NCBI RefSeq assembly: GCF_009914755.1
Contig: NC_060928.1
Length of the DNA: 64,000 nt
Direction: 5' to 3' (one strand)
Source: the human T2T-CHM13v2.0 reference genome, Homo sapiens
The translations under genes and the position numbers were made by a program. Below, in pieces: positions 41,618 to 55,460 of the stretch. Each line of letters begins with the position of its first letter. Position 1 is the stretch's first letter. The notes under the pieces are model-generated. The model did not search any database. It was not told where the DNA came from and saw only the letters and a program-made list of their open reading frames with translations.

Positions 41618-43157
41618 CAGTGGATCTCAAATTGTTGGTCTAAGGTCCCCTCTACAACCTAGAGCATGTTTAGGGACACAAAGAGCTTTAGTTTATGTGG
41701 CTTATACTATTGAAATTACCTTATTACAAATTGAAACAGAAATTTAAAAGATTAAATCACTTAAAATAACTGTACGGATATTAACATGAATAACTTATTT
41801 TTATGAAAACTACATTTTCAAAAAGAAAAAAATTAATGAAAAGTGGGGCATTGTTTAACGGTAGCAAATCAGTTTAATGGCTGGTTTAATGGAAGACAGC
41901 AGGATTCTCTTATCTGCTTCTGCATTCAGTTTGTTGTGATATATTGTTTTGGTTGAAGTACGTGAAGACATTATGACTTCATGCAGACATAAAATTGAAA
42001 AAGGGAAGAGTATTTTAATGGCCTTGTAACTGTGAAGATTCTTCTTTAATGTCATGCCAAAATTTAACCAGTGCTAGTTTCTTACAAGAGAGGTGCAATG
42101 TGAAATCTGAAATCAGATCATTGAACATTTTGTCCTCTGTTGCAGTAAAATCAACTAGTCTGTCTTGCACTTTGAGTGGTTCTTTTGTCCAATTGTGATT
42201 GATTTTATAACATCATTTGGAAAATACTGATTCTCTGGGTTTTGCATTTTTTCCAAATGTTGACATATTTTATTATACAACATCAAAAAAATCATATCTA
42301 TCTAATATCACTTATGATCTCATTGGAATGTCTGTGAGTGTTGGAAAGCTGTCAAACTCATGGTGGCTAATATTAATTTTAAGATTCCAATTTTTGTTTG
42401 GAAGTTCATATTTTATCACTGGCAACAAATAGAGTAGTGTTTCTCAAAGTTACAGGTTCTCTTCATTCACTTTTGAAAAATATTTTCCTAAATATTCAAA
42501 TCTGAATTACCACAGTTTTTCTATGGTGTTGCATGAAAATGGCTTTTCATGGAACTATTAATAGATAGTTCAATCTATCTATTAAATCTATTAAGTTCAG
42601 TCTGTCTAGTAAGTCAAACAATCACTCTATCTCTACATATAACTACACTTGTAATTTTCAGGTAATGTTTTTGAAACGATTATAATAGTTTGGCGTGCAG
42701 CACAATGATTTATGGGTACTCTCCATTTTGTCATACAACATTAAAAAGATGTTAAGTTTCAACATTTAATAAAATTAATATTTTTTATTAATTCTTAAGG
42801 AACATTGCTTAGGAAACTGTCTTTTAAAATTCTTGTTTTTTCTTTCTGCTACTATATGATGTTGAAGAATGCAATGGCTGTGAGTACATTTAAGTATTAT
42901 TTTCTTGATTTGTGCTAAAACACCAACAGTTTTTCCCACCATTGCTTTGGTACCATCAGTGCAAATGTCAACATAGTGGAAAAAAGTAAATAACATTTTA
43001 TTATTACTATGATAAAAATAGTTTTGACTCTGTGGACAGTAACAGAATGTGTAACACTGGGTAACACTCCTCAAAGTGTTGTCCACAGACCCCCTGCAAG
43101 TGTTTTGGGTACCTTCAGGAGCCTGTGGCTGTGGACCACACTTTGAGGGCTGTTACT
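41618..43157. mobile_element. Charlie1-type hAT DNA transposon remnant
   Basis: cagtggatctcaaa...aaagagctttagtttatgtgg...tctgcttctgcattcagtttgttgtgata...aaaatagttttgac...ggaccacactttgag. Confidence 0.8.
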
Positions 43158-44955
43158 CTATAGTGTCAACGTGAGTGATGCTCAGTGTATATCCAATCAC
43201 TTACTTCGTTGCTTGTGACCCACCTTTTCTCTTTTCAATTCTGCTCTGCACTTCCAGTATCTTCTCCTGCCATGCTGCACTTCTTGGTGTTCCTGGGCAG
43301 CCTGATCTCTTCGTGACACTATTCTGTTGTCTATTCTTTAACTTCTTCCTAGGGTTTGTCCTGTCCTTTCCCCCTTAATCTGTTACATCCCTCCTTATCC
43401 TTCTAGTCCCAGCTAAGTCAACTACTCTATGAACTCCCTGCCATTAACACTATACAAAATCAAATGCTACAAAAAATCAATGATGATAAATTTAAGGTGA
43501 AATTGGTTGAATTAATATGGAGGAGAAAATATTGGACTGAAAATTCAGGAGATTTGTGTTCTAGCTGACTGTTACTGACCAATAGTGCATCCTCAGATAA
43601 TTCTTTTTGGGATAAGTGTCCTGATCTTTAAGATAAAATCATTAACAATGTGATTTCTTAGGGTAATTGAGATAAAAGTTTATTCTGGGGTTTTTAATAG
43701 ATGGAAATGGTATTTTTGAGTAAAAAGAGATAGGTTCTACTTTAGAATAGATCACTTAATACATTTGTGACCTAGAATAAGCAATCAGTTTGCTTCTCTA
43801 AGACTTTATCTGTAAAACAGAAATAAGAATCTGTACCTATTCACACAGCTTCTCTGATAGTATAATTTGGAATTATATGTAAAATTATTTTCTAACTGTA
43901 ATATTCTACAAGTTGGATTACCTATGTTTGTGATAGTAGAACCTCTTTAAAGAGTTCAAAGTGGTTTTGCATGTTTACTATTACTCTTGGTCTCGTTTTT
44001 ATTTTTTTGACCATTAGTTAAGCTAATAGTTAAATATAGAACACCTAATTATGGGGAAAATATCTGGGTCACCTTATTACACATAGCTTTCCTCATAAAC
44101 TCAGAGTGTTAGGTCTGGGATAGGTAAAACATCTGTGGCATGACTTCTTTATGTGAGAGTTAGTGCCAGATGCTTGTCACATGGGAGGCCATCGACTTTT
44201 CACAATGAATCTGTACTGCAAGCAGCATCATTCAGCGTTCATATATAAAGAACGTAGGATGTGGAGAGTGTTTGTATAGCTTTCTTAAGGTCATAAAGTC
44301 AGTCAGTAGTAGTCAGGTGGTTGTTTGAAGCTAACTCTTTAGTTGTACTGTACCTATCAGAGTCCTCCTTGTTTATTTGGAAGTCTCGAAAACAGTAGTC
44401 ACAAAAGGTAGTAAAATGGCTTTCCTAATGGCCTACCGCTAGCTAGTGGCAGATTTGGCAGTTAAACTTCGGTCTTCTGCTTCCCATTCCAAGTTTTTTC
44501 ATTAATGTTCTTGCCACTATATTTATGTTTAGTCATTACCCTCTCCAGTGGGAACACATTTTTCTTCTTGATTGTCACTTAGCCTTTGAATATCTTTGCC
44601 ATTTTCAAGCAACATATTGGGTTTACTTATGGTCTTTTACATACATTTAAAGTTTATTAAAGTTCTTTCTAAATAATAGAATGCTACTTTCTGAGCACAC
44701 AATCTGACAATCTTCCCTTTCATAGATGTGTGTTCCACCACCTAAAAACTAGTCCTTAGTTTGATTAATAGTATATAATTTGGATGTTAGCTGTCAATGG
44801 ACATTTTGTAAATAAGAAACCATTCCTAAGCTACTGTAGTCAGGAGACAATATATGATTTATTTCCTTTCCATGCTGTATGTATGCATATGTATTCATCT
44901 AATAAGATCACAAACACTTGGCTAAAAAGAAGCGAAGTATAAAATATATAGTTCT

Positions 44956-45356
<401 letters not shown>

Positions 45357-45569
45357 TTAAACCACCGTGAAAAATTTAGATACAGGCATTTACTTTCTCA
45401 TATAGAATATTACATAGAGACTTAGTTTTAACTGATCAAAGATTATAATATCATATTTTAATTGCTTTATGCAATCTCTCTCTGTCTTTCTGCCTCAATC
45501 TGTCTATGCATGTGTTTGCTCTCTGTATATGTGACACACAAATAATTAAGCACAAGTTTTTTTGGGCAT

Positions 45570-46440
45570 TTATTTTTAAACCTTTTTGAAGTATGTATAA
45601 TATGCATATAGAAAAGTGCACCAATCATAAGCTTTAATAAATGTTCACCTTGGTAACCAGCACACGGATCTAGAAACAGAACATGTCCAAAACATTAGAC
45701 ATCACTTTCTTTCCAAATTACTCATTGCCAACTCCAGTGATTACCATTCAGTAAATTAATTTTGCCTAGTTTCAAACTGCATGTAAGTAGAATAATCCAG
45801 TATATATCTTTTGTAACTGCTTCTTTTGCTCACTAACTCTGTAAGATTCATTCACAGTGTTATATGTAACATCAGTTCATTCATTGTCTTGCTGCCTAGT
45901 ATTCCATTATATGAATCACTGCAGTTTATTTTTCTGTTTTGCTCTTCATAAACATTTGGGTTGTTTCCAAATACACCTATACACACATACCAATAAAAAG
46001 TTGTTGAGAATATACAAATAACTTTTAGGCATTATTAAGAAAAAAGCAGACAACCTAATTGAAAAGAGAGTAGCCTAAAGGCCAAAAGAGGGTAGCCTAA
46101 AGGCCAACAAAAATTTGTAAAAGTGGTCAACTTCATTTGTCATCAAGGGAGTGCAGATTAAAATCATGATGGTATACCAATACACACCCACCAGAATGGC
46201 TAAATGAAAGAAGAAGAGAATGTGAAGAACCACAATGCTCAAATCCTGTTAGTGAAAGTTCAAAATGGCATAAGCATTTGGTAAACCATTTGTAAGCATC
46301 CGCTAAAACTGAAAATCCATATACTCTATGAACCAGCCATTCTATTTCTAGTGTATACAGTACTCAACAGAAATGTGTACATGTTTACCAAAAAAATACG
46401 TACAAGAATGTTTACAGAAGCACTATCTGTAATTATAAAA
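45570..46440. mobile_element. Old L1M fragments in opposite orientations (- ~45570-45970, + ~45990-46440)
   Basis: tagtattccattatatga...catttgggttgtttcca (antisense), then tgcagattaaaatca...cacacccaccagaatggctaa (sense). Confidence 0.7.
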
Positions 46441-46589
46441 TATATTTATTTTGTCACACTTAGAAGTGCTTTATTGATTCAAAAGAGTCAAAAATTTTCA
46501 CACTAAAATAATATTCAGCACCACATAGATTGGAGAACTAGAACTTTGGTCGTGCTGATCTACATTGAGTTGGCTACAGGAAGGCCATG

Positions 46590-47135
46590 GAGATTTATAG
46601 AGGAGTAGTATTTCAGGGAAACAGGTGTCAAATACAAAATTTCTATGGCAGGCTTTATGTGTTCAAACCACAGCACGTAGACTAGGAAGAGGGTGAACTA
46701 TGGAAAGAGTGATAGATATGAGGTCAGAAAGGTTGTAATGGCTGAATAATATGTGCCTTGGTAGGTCATCATAAGAGTGATTCCCACGTTTTGTGCCTGA
46801 GCAAAAAAAAAAAAAAAAAGGTTTTTATTTACTGAGATATCTGTTAAAAACTACAGGAAGAGTAGATAGGAAATGAGGGGAAAACAAGAGTTTAGTTCTG
46901 GATGTGTTAAGTTTGAGGTATCCATTAGACATCAGGAGAAAATATCCAATAAGCTGTTGAACATAGAGTCAGAAATTCCAGGGAATAGTCTAGGCTGGAG
47001 GTATACATTTAAAGAGTTGTAAATTATGAAACTAGATGAGGTCACTTAAAAAGTGACTTAGCTAGAAAAGTAAAGATATCTGAGAAGTGACTGGGAATGA
47101 GGTTGAAGAAATGGAAGAACAGGTGAAGGAGAATG
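46590..47135 (-). mobile_element. L2 fragment
   Basis: gagtttagttctggatgtgttaagtttgaggtatccattagacatc...tctaggctggag. Confidence 0.65.
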
Positions 47136-49169
47136 AGGACATGGTGAAACCCTATCTCTACAAAAACTTTTTTTAAAAAGACATAAAGCTAGGATCATGT
47201 CTGTCTCTTGCATATTGAGGGCTCTCTGTGGACTGATATGAACTCATACTGGAGAAGTAAAAGCCGGCTGTGACTGTAGGGTAGAGCAAATAGATCAGAT
47301 CAGAGAGGGCTGCCTTGGAATGGGAGTGGTTTCTGTCTGAGGAGGAAAAGTCATGCTCGAATATTTACTGTGCCTCAGATGTGGTCACACAAGAGACCAC
47401 CAGACAGCATGAGGGCAAGGACAAGTGGAAGCACTGGCTTGGAGCTCACAACATAGGAACTTTGCCTAAAAGGGCCTAAGTGGGTAGTGGAAGCCCACAG
47501 TGTGGACTGCAGAATGTCTGGGGCTGATGGCTGGAATTGGGAGTGGCCAGTTGGAGAAAAGTCACAGTCCTTTCCTGGGAATTGAAATTAGAGGAGCTCA
47601 AAGAGGGGATTTTGAGAAAACCACAAGGATATTATAAGCTAGCCAGGCAGGGGAACAGTGCAAAAGCCAATCACACCCCCATTCCTCGGCAGGCTTCCCT
47701 GTCTGGGGAAGGCCTGGCTAGGAAAGGAGAGGATATCATTTTTAAATCAAGCTCAGATTTTGATTGTTGGACATCTTACTTAAGGAAGTGCTAATTTTAG
47801 TGAGACTGAAAGTGCCAGGGGGTACTTTTTATTATCTGAGAGTGACAGAAAATGTTATGAGATTTGCTGGAGATTTCATCCAGGTATATTGGATAGTCTT
47901 ATCTCACAGAGCCAGTTTGGATAAATGTTGTGGGAAAACATAGAATTTCTTTATAATTGAGGCCTGCAGATTCTAGCTTATTCAATAAAAAGTTACATTG
48001 GTTTCCAAACAATGGTCAAGAGGGACAAGAAGGGCTTATCTTTCAATATCCAGATGCCACCACATTTATATTACGAGGTGGCAGTTTATCCCTCAGAATA
48101 GCATTCATGTTTGTTGCCTCCTATAGCCTGAGTGGGATCTGTGCCCAGGACACATACCATTGTTCAGATGTGTTGGCCTGTGAATATTTCAATGAAGATA
48201 TCATTCAAATTCAACAGAGATAGTCTTCTTGTCTCTGTATTACAACTCATTTTACACATAAGATATTATATAAAGAGAAGCTGCAGAAAGTAGTTAAAGC
48301 AGAAACAGGTTACATAGCAGGGGTGGCCTTTGAAGTCTTTTCACTCAGTTTATTAAGTTTCCTGACAATAGCAAAAACTTTGTTATCCCAAGGCATTGTA
48401 GTGTGCTTTGAGGTAATTTACTCAAGGAGCTGTGATGCTTAAATTATTTGTTTCAGTTCTCAATTTCTGCTCTGACTTTTCTTTGCTTAATTCCTTGGTT
48501 TTAAGTTTTAGTTTGTAGTAGCAATAAACTGCCCTCCTTTCATTGACTTGGTGCCATAAATTTCTAGAGCATTAAAATTAGAGTAATGATTTGGAAAATA
48601 AGATAGATGAATTTATAGTGTGTGGATATATATAAGAAATCGAGATATTGTGTGTATTTGCTTAGCCAAATCATATATTGATAATTTTCAACTGGTTTGG
48701 ACTCCATTAGATTTTTTCTGACTAGTTTTCTTATTAATACTTTTGTAACATTGATTTCTCTTTCTCTACATGTGGCATAAAATAGGTTACTGTGAATTGG
48801 TTATCACACAAAGTGTTAGATGCCACTCTATGTTCGTTACTTTTATCGCCTAATTTAAATCTGAAAACAGATGTTTTATGAAGAAGTGATTTTCGAGAAT
48901 GATAATAAACACCTATGTATTAACTCCCCAGCCTAAGAATTGAACTATTATTCTTGCAATTTTAAGTATGAGAGATACAAGTATAGAACAAATGTTTGCT
49001 TATAAATTACAAAATTTGTTTCTATTGCTTGAGTTAATGGAAGGCTTTGATGGGCTATGTATTAGGGCACCCAAATTTGTCCACCTAATTTTTTCCATGT
49101 TTTAAAAAAGTTGAGTTCCAACATTCAGCAAAATATATAAATCTTAATGGTATGGTTAATGACTTTTTA

Positions 49170-49531
<362 letters not shown>

Positions 49532-49807
49532 TGAAATTTCCCATATGCCCTATCCTAGTCAATACCTCCTTCCAAGTGTTAATTACTGTTCTCATTTTTA
49601 TTGCCTTAGATTGGTCTTGCCTCTTCTTGACCATAATATAAATGGAGTAATAACAATTTATACTCTTTTGTATCTAGATTCCTTTCTTCAATATCATATC
49701 TGTGAGATTTCATCCATGCTTGTTGGTATAGGAGTAGTTCCTCCCTTTTCATTGCTGTGTACTATTTAATTGTTATGAATATATTATACTATATTTATCG
49801 ATTTTAC

Positions 49808-50779
49808 TGTCAAATGAAAAGACAAATCCAAACTTAGGTAAGGAGACATTATTTGAAAAGACTTTTGCAATAGGGAGAATGCTCTGATTGTAAGATCTAT
49901 TAGCCTCTCCAAGGTCAGAAAGGGCTTCTCTTTTATAGCAATAAATGAGTCTGGAAGGAACCAGCTGCTGGGGAGTGGGATGAGCAGGTACCATGATGAG
50001 ACAGTTTTTCTTTGCTATAAGCTGATTCTTAGGAGGGGCCATTAAGGAGAGTTAGCCCTTTGCAAACAAGGATGATAATCCTAGAAAATCACTTTTTTCT
50101 CTTCTTTTCTTTTCTTTTTTTTTGAGATGGAGTCTCGCTCTGTCACCCAGGCTGGAGGGCAGTGGCATGATCTCGGCTCAGCAACCTCCACCTCCCTGGT
50201 TCAAGCAATTCCCCTGCCTCAGCCTCCCAAGCAGCTGGGATTACAGGCATGCACCACCATGCTGGCTAATTTTTTTTGTATTTTTAATAGAGACGGGGTT
50301 TCACCATGTTGGCCAGACTGGCCTCGAACTCCTGACCTCAGGCAATCCACCTGCCTTGGCCTCCCAAAGTGCTGGGATTACAGGCATGAGCTACCGTGCC
50401 TGGCTGAAAATCACTTTTTTCATAAAAGGAGAATGCCTTCCGGTGACTGCTTAACCTCAGGGGCAGGAGAAAATTGAGGGACATGTAGGGAAGGGAGAAA
50501 CCTAACTAAAGTTTGGTCAAGTTGAGTTAGTGAACATTTAGTTCAGATTGATCAGTGAGGACAAACAGCTCAGCTACTCGTTTATGAGACAAAGAAGGGA
50601 CGTTTGGAAGGTCTGTGTCTGGTCTTATCATAGGCAAGCAAGGGGGTCATCCAGGGGTCTTGTCTAGGTCATATGGGGCAGGGTAGTTATTTACAGTAAG
50701 GTGCTTCCTGTAACATGAAGACTGGAGTTAGTTTTTAACCATTCAGTATTCTAGGAGTTCAGGTGAAGTTCAGCTGTTA
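49808..50779 (-). mobile_element. ERV1 (MER4-group-like) solo LTR, Alu-interrupted
   Basis: tgtcaaatgaaaa...gacttttgcaatagggaga...ctaactaaagtttggtcaag. Subfamily not determined. Confidence 0.5.
50098..50404 (-). mobile_element. AluS
   Basis: Reverse dimer. TSD gaaaatcactttttt. Confidence 0.95.
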
Positions 50780-50796
50780 CTATTGAATATTCATAA

Positions 50797-51133
<337 letters not shown>

Positions 51134-54050
51134 TGTTATGAACATTTTTATACATGTATTTTGTTGGACATAAACATTCATATCTGTTGGGCACATATCC
51201 AAGAGTAAAATTTTTTGTATCATAGGATATATGTTTGTTGAACTTTAGAAGATATGGACAGTTTTCAAATTATACTCCCATCATCGAGTCTCAGTTGTTC
51301 CACTTCCACATAATAACTTGATATTATTGGTAATCATTTTAATTTTAACCATCTTCTGTGAGTATAATGTTATCTCAGTGTAGTTTTAATTTGCATTTCC
51401 TTGATGATTGATGTTATTGAGCACCTTTTCGCCTGTAAACTTATTTTTCAAAATGACTTTTCAAGTGTTTGCCTACTTTAAAAAATGTTGATTTTCTTAT
51501 TAACATGTAGGCGTTCTTTATATATTCTAGAACAAATCATTTGTCAGATATAGACACTACAAATTTCCATTCTTTTTATGCATTTTAACTTTCTTAACAG
51601 TATGTTTTGATGAATTGAAGAATTTATTTTTAATAAAATCTGATTTGTTACTCATTTTTAATTCTTTTGTCTCAAGAAATCTTTCTCTACTTCAAGGTAA
51701 TGAACATCAGTTTATTTTGATTATTTTTGCTTTATTACTTTATATTTCACATTTAGATCTGTAATCCATTTCAACTTGCTTTTCTATATGATATGGGATA
51801 GTGTTAAGACTCATTTTTAAAATAGGCATATCCAATTAATACAGCACATTTATTGAAAAATCCTGTACATTACTAGTAAATTGCAGTTATGTCTTTATTG
51901 TAAATCAATTATTTGCTTCTCTTTTCTGCCTCACTGGTATATTAGTTTAGTCTTGTGCCAGTAACACACTCCCCTATTACTAAGGCTGAATGCCTAGTAG
52001 GGTATATCCTGTTCTAGTCTTGTTCTTCTCTAGTATTTTCTTGGCTATTTTAAGTCCTTTGCATTTTGATGTATATTTTAGAGTTAGCTTTTCCATTTTA
52101 ATACACACAGAGGTAAAATGCTGGGGCTTTCACTGACATAGTATGGACTCAATTATTTCTAATTTGTATTCAAACATTAAATTAAAAAAAAACATGGAGG
52201 CAAAGCAAACAGAAACCAGTTGGGAATGTAGACATTTACTTTCAGCTTGGAATAATCACCTTTTCATAAATGTGGCTAGATCTGGGATTTTGGTTATATG
52301 AACCTTAGCAAATACAAACTATGACACTGAATAGTACACTTTGAAAAATGAGAACTAGGAAATTTTTGGTGCCCACCCTGTGGCCAATTACTGTTATGAA
52401 TTTGGGGTTGAATTCCATGAGGTCAACTGTTTTTGTGGGTTTTGTTTGCCAGTATTTTTCCTGGGCTGAGAGAAATGCCTGGTGGTAGTAGACACTTACT
52501 AAACATTTATTGAATGAATGAAGGTATCTACATGTGGCAGTCTTCAGACTGTGTAGTTCTAAGTATGAATTCTACAAGGGACAAATAATTTCAACACTTG
52601 AAAATTTGCATTCAAAGAACATTTTCCCCCAAAAGCAGTGTTAGAAAAATGCAGAAAATTACAGGTGATAGATGATATTAATCATTCATGGTATTAATCA
52701 TTTACTAACAGTACTGAATACTGTATCATAATATATTTAAAATAAATTTTAAAAGCAGCCACATTAATATATAACATAAAATATAAATAATATATTTTTG
52801 GTGACCTATAATGTTCTGAATTGTTCTAAAATACAATGTAGTATATTCCATATTTTATCTTCTAGGTGTTCATGCAAGACCTCTTATTTTCTGGCAGATA
52901 CATAAGAACATTGTTCTCAGTTTTTAACTTGAAACTTTTAAGGAGGAAACTTAATCTATGACTCAATCTTCCACTAACAGACACGCAATCTCCCCTATAT
53001 TGCCATTTCACTCCACTTCTCCCCTCCTTACAATGAGAAAGTTCTCCTTTGTTTCATCTAAGACTAATTCGGATGAGATTTAGATCTCATTGCCTACTGT
53101 TTTGTGGTGAGGGGGGACCTGAAATTGGGGTTAACTTTTTCGAGTTTTTCCTTCAACTGCATCTTCTGTAGTATACTTAGGTTTTCTATTACAGTCTATT
53201 AAAAAGAGAAATGCCAACACATTTCTTAACCCTACACCCATCTCTAGTTTTCACTCTGTCTTTCTCCTTTTCTAGAGTCCATAGAGTCAAACTTGTTTTT
53301 TTTTTTTTTTTGGTGGGGGGGAGGGTTTGGGGTTGGGTGGGGGCGGTTGTTAAAAAACTAGATGTATTTTATTAATTTTTAAAGTTGAAATATTTAGAAC
53401 TACATTCATTGACATTTCATCCTGGTACTATTCACTTTTTATCGTGTCATGTGCCAGATTCTCCTTAGCAGAAAGCCAAGAATTTAAATTGTGTTTTCAA
53501 GTAATAGCTATGCAAACAGTTCAAATAATAATAACCCAATTGGTTCAGTAAAAAGGTGCCAACTAATTTTTAATGGATTTTTTTCTGTGCTAAATTGAGC
53601 AATAGCTCAAAAAGTCATCATGTTGTATGTATACATACAGTGTGGATTGTTTTGGGAGGATTATCACTAGAGGTTGTTTTATTTTAAATTTTATTATGGC
53701 AAGAACACTTAATATGAGTTCTGCTTTCTTAACAGATTTTTAAATTGTACAATACAGTACTGTTAACTATAGGCACATATCTAGAATTTATTCATCTTGT
53801 ATAATTAAAACATTATACCTCTTCAATGGCAACTCCCCATTTTCCCTACCCCCAGCCTCTGCAAACCACCATTCTGCTCTCCGCTTCTATAGGTTTGACT
53901 TTTAGGTACCTTATATAATTAGAATCATATGGTATTTGTCGTTCTGTGATTGGCTTATTTCATTTAACATTATGTCCTCGGGGTTTATCTGTCTTGTTGC
54001 ATACAGTAAGATTTCCTTCTTTTTAAAGGCTAAATAATATTTTCTTCTAT

Positions 54051-54952
54051 TATAAACTTAAAAATTACACAATATATAAATTTAGAAAGGAGACCTTTAT
54101 TTTAAGAAGGAGATTACAATCTTCAGGCAGGAAGCACAGCCTCCAGCTTAAAAAAAATAAAAGCAAGTACTTTTGATGGAGGGAAAATCGAGACAGGAAT
54201 TTATGCTGAACAGGTTGGCCAAGTATATATATTCAGCAGGCTGTGGGAGGAACTCTGAATATTCATGAAAGGAGGTTGTATGCAAGCAAACATGTTACAT
54301 GTATCCCATGTTCACCTTGGGGCGGAGACTTGGCATTTAAATGTGTTACAATTAGGTTCTCTATGTCAAAAGGTGAAGTAGGGGCTGGGGGCAGTGGCTC
54401 ATGCCTGTAATCCCAGCACTTTGGGAGGCCAAGGCGGGTGGATCACAAGGTCAGGAGTTTGAGACCAGCCTGGCCAACATAGTGAAACCCCGTCTCTACT
54501 AACTTGTGCATGGGGATGCACGCCTGTAGTCCCGGCTACTCAGGAGGCTGATACAGGAGAATCCCTTGAACCCGGGAGGCAAGGTTGTGGTAAGCTGAGA
54601 TCACGCCACTGCACTCCAGTCTGGGCAAAAGAGAGAGACTCCGTCTCAAAAAAACAAAAAAAAAAAAAAAAGAAAGTGAAGTAGGGACAATAGGGACACA
54701 AAGGCACTCAAATGCTCAGCCTCTGTGAAACTGCCCAAAACCAGTCCATGGCCAGTGGTCTTCTTATCAGGAGAAAGTTGCTGAAATCAGTCTCTCGTCC
54801 AATCACAGCTGTAGTTATGGCTTGTGGAACAGGGGGTCAGTTAGTCAATGTCTGGTGGTGAGCTGCAGTTCTTTAATTGTGCTTACCTTGAGGCCAGTGC
54901 TTGTTTAGCTGCTAAAGAAAAGTTAAAATCTTATGGCAGTTAGAACATAGTT
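54051..54952 (-). mobile_element. ERV1 MER4-group LTR, Alu-interrupted
   Basis: tacatgtatcccatgttcaccttggggcggagactt...ttcttatcaggagaaagtt...gaggccagtgcttgtttagctgct...gcagttagaacatag. Confidence 0.6.
54383..54671 (+). mobile_element. AluSg-like with deleted middle A-rich linker
   Basis: ggatcacaaggtcaggagtttgagacc; tctctactaa joined directly to the right arm. TSD aa(g/a)gtgaagtaggg. Confidence 0.92.
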
Positions 54953-55423
54953 TATACTTCAAGCATAGTTCTACATTTCTTAACTCTTGCATTGTTCTTT
55001 CTCAAGATTGTTTGGCTGTTTGGGATACTCTGTGGTTTCACATTAATTCTAGAATTGTTTTGTAAAAATTTTCTATATGAATTTCCAATGGGATTTTGAT
55101 AGAGATTGAATTGATCTGCTGATCCTTTTGGGTAGTATGGGCATTTAACAATATTAAGCCTTCCAACCCATGAACATGGGCTGTCTCTCCATTTGTTTGT
55201 GGCTTTAATTTCTTTCATTGGTGTTTTATAGTTTTCGGTGGACAAGTCTTTGATTACCTTAGTTAAGGTTATTCCTAAATATTTTATTATTTTTGATGGT
55301 ATTACAAACGGAATTATTTTCCTAACTTCCTTTTCAGATATTCATTATTGGTATATAGAAAAGCAATTGATGTTTTTATGTTGTGTCCTGGAACTTTACT
55401 GAAATTTGTTTATCAGTTTTAAC

Positions 55424-55456
<33 letters not shown>

Positions 55457-55460
55457 GTGT
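55424..55460. repeat. (TG)n microsatellite, one interruption
   Basis: Direct reading. Confidence 0.95.
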
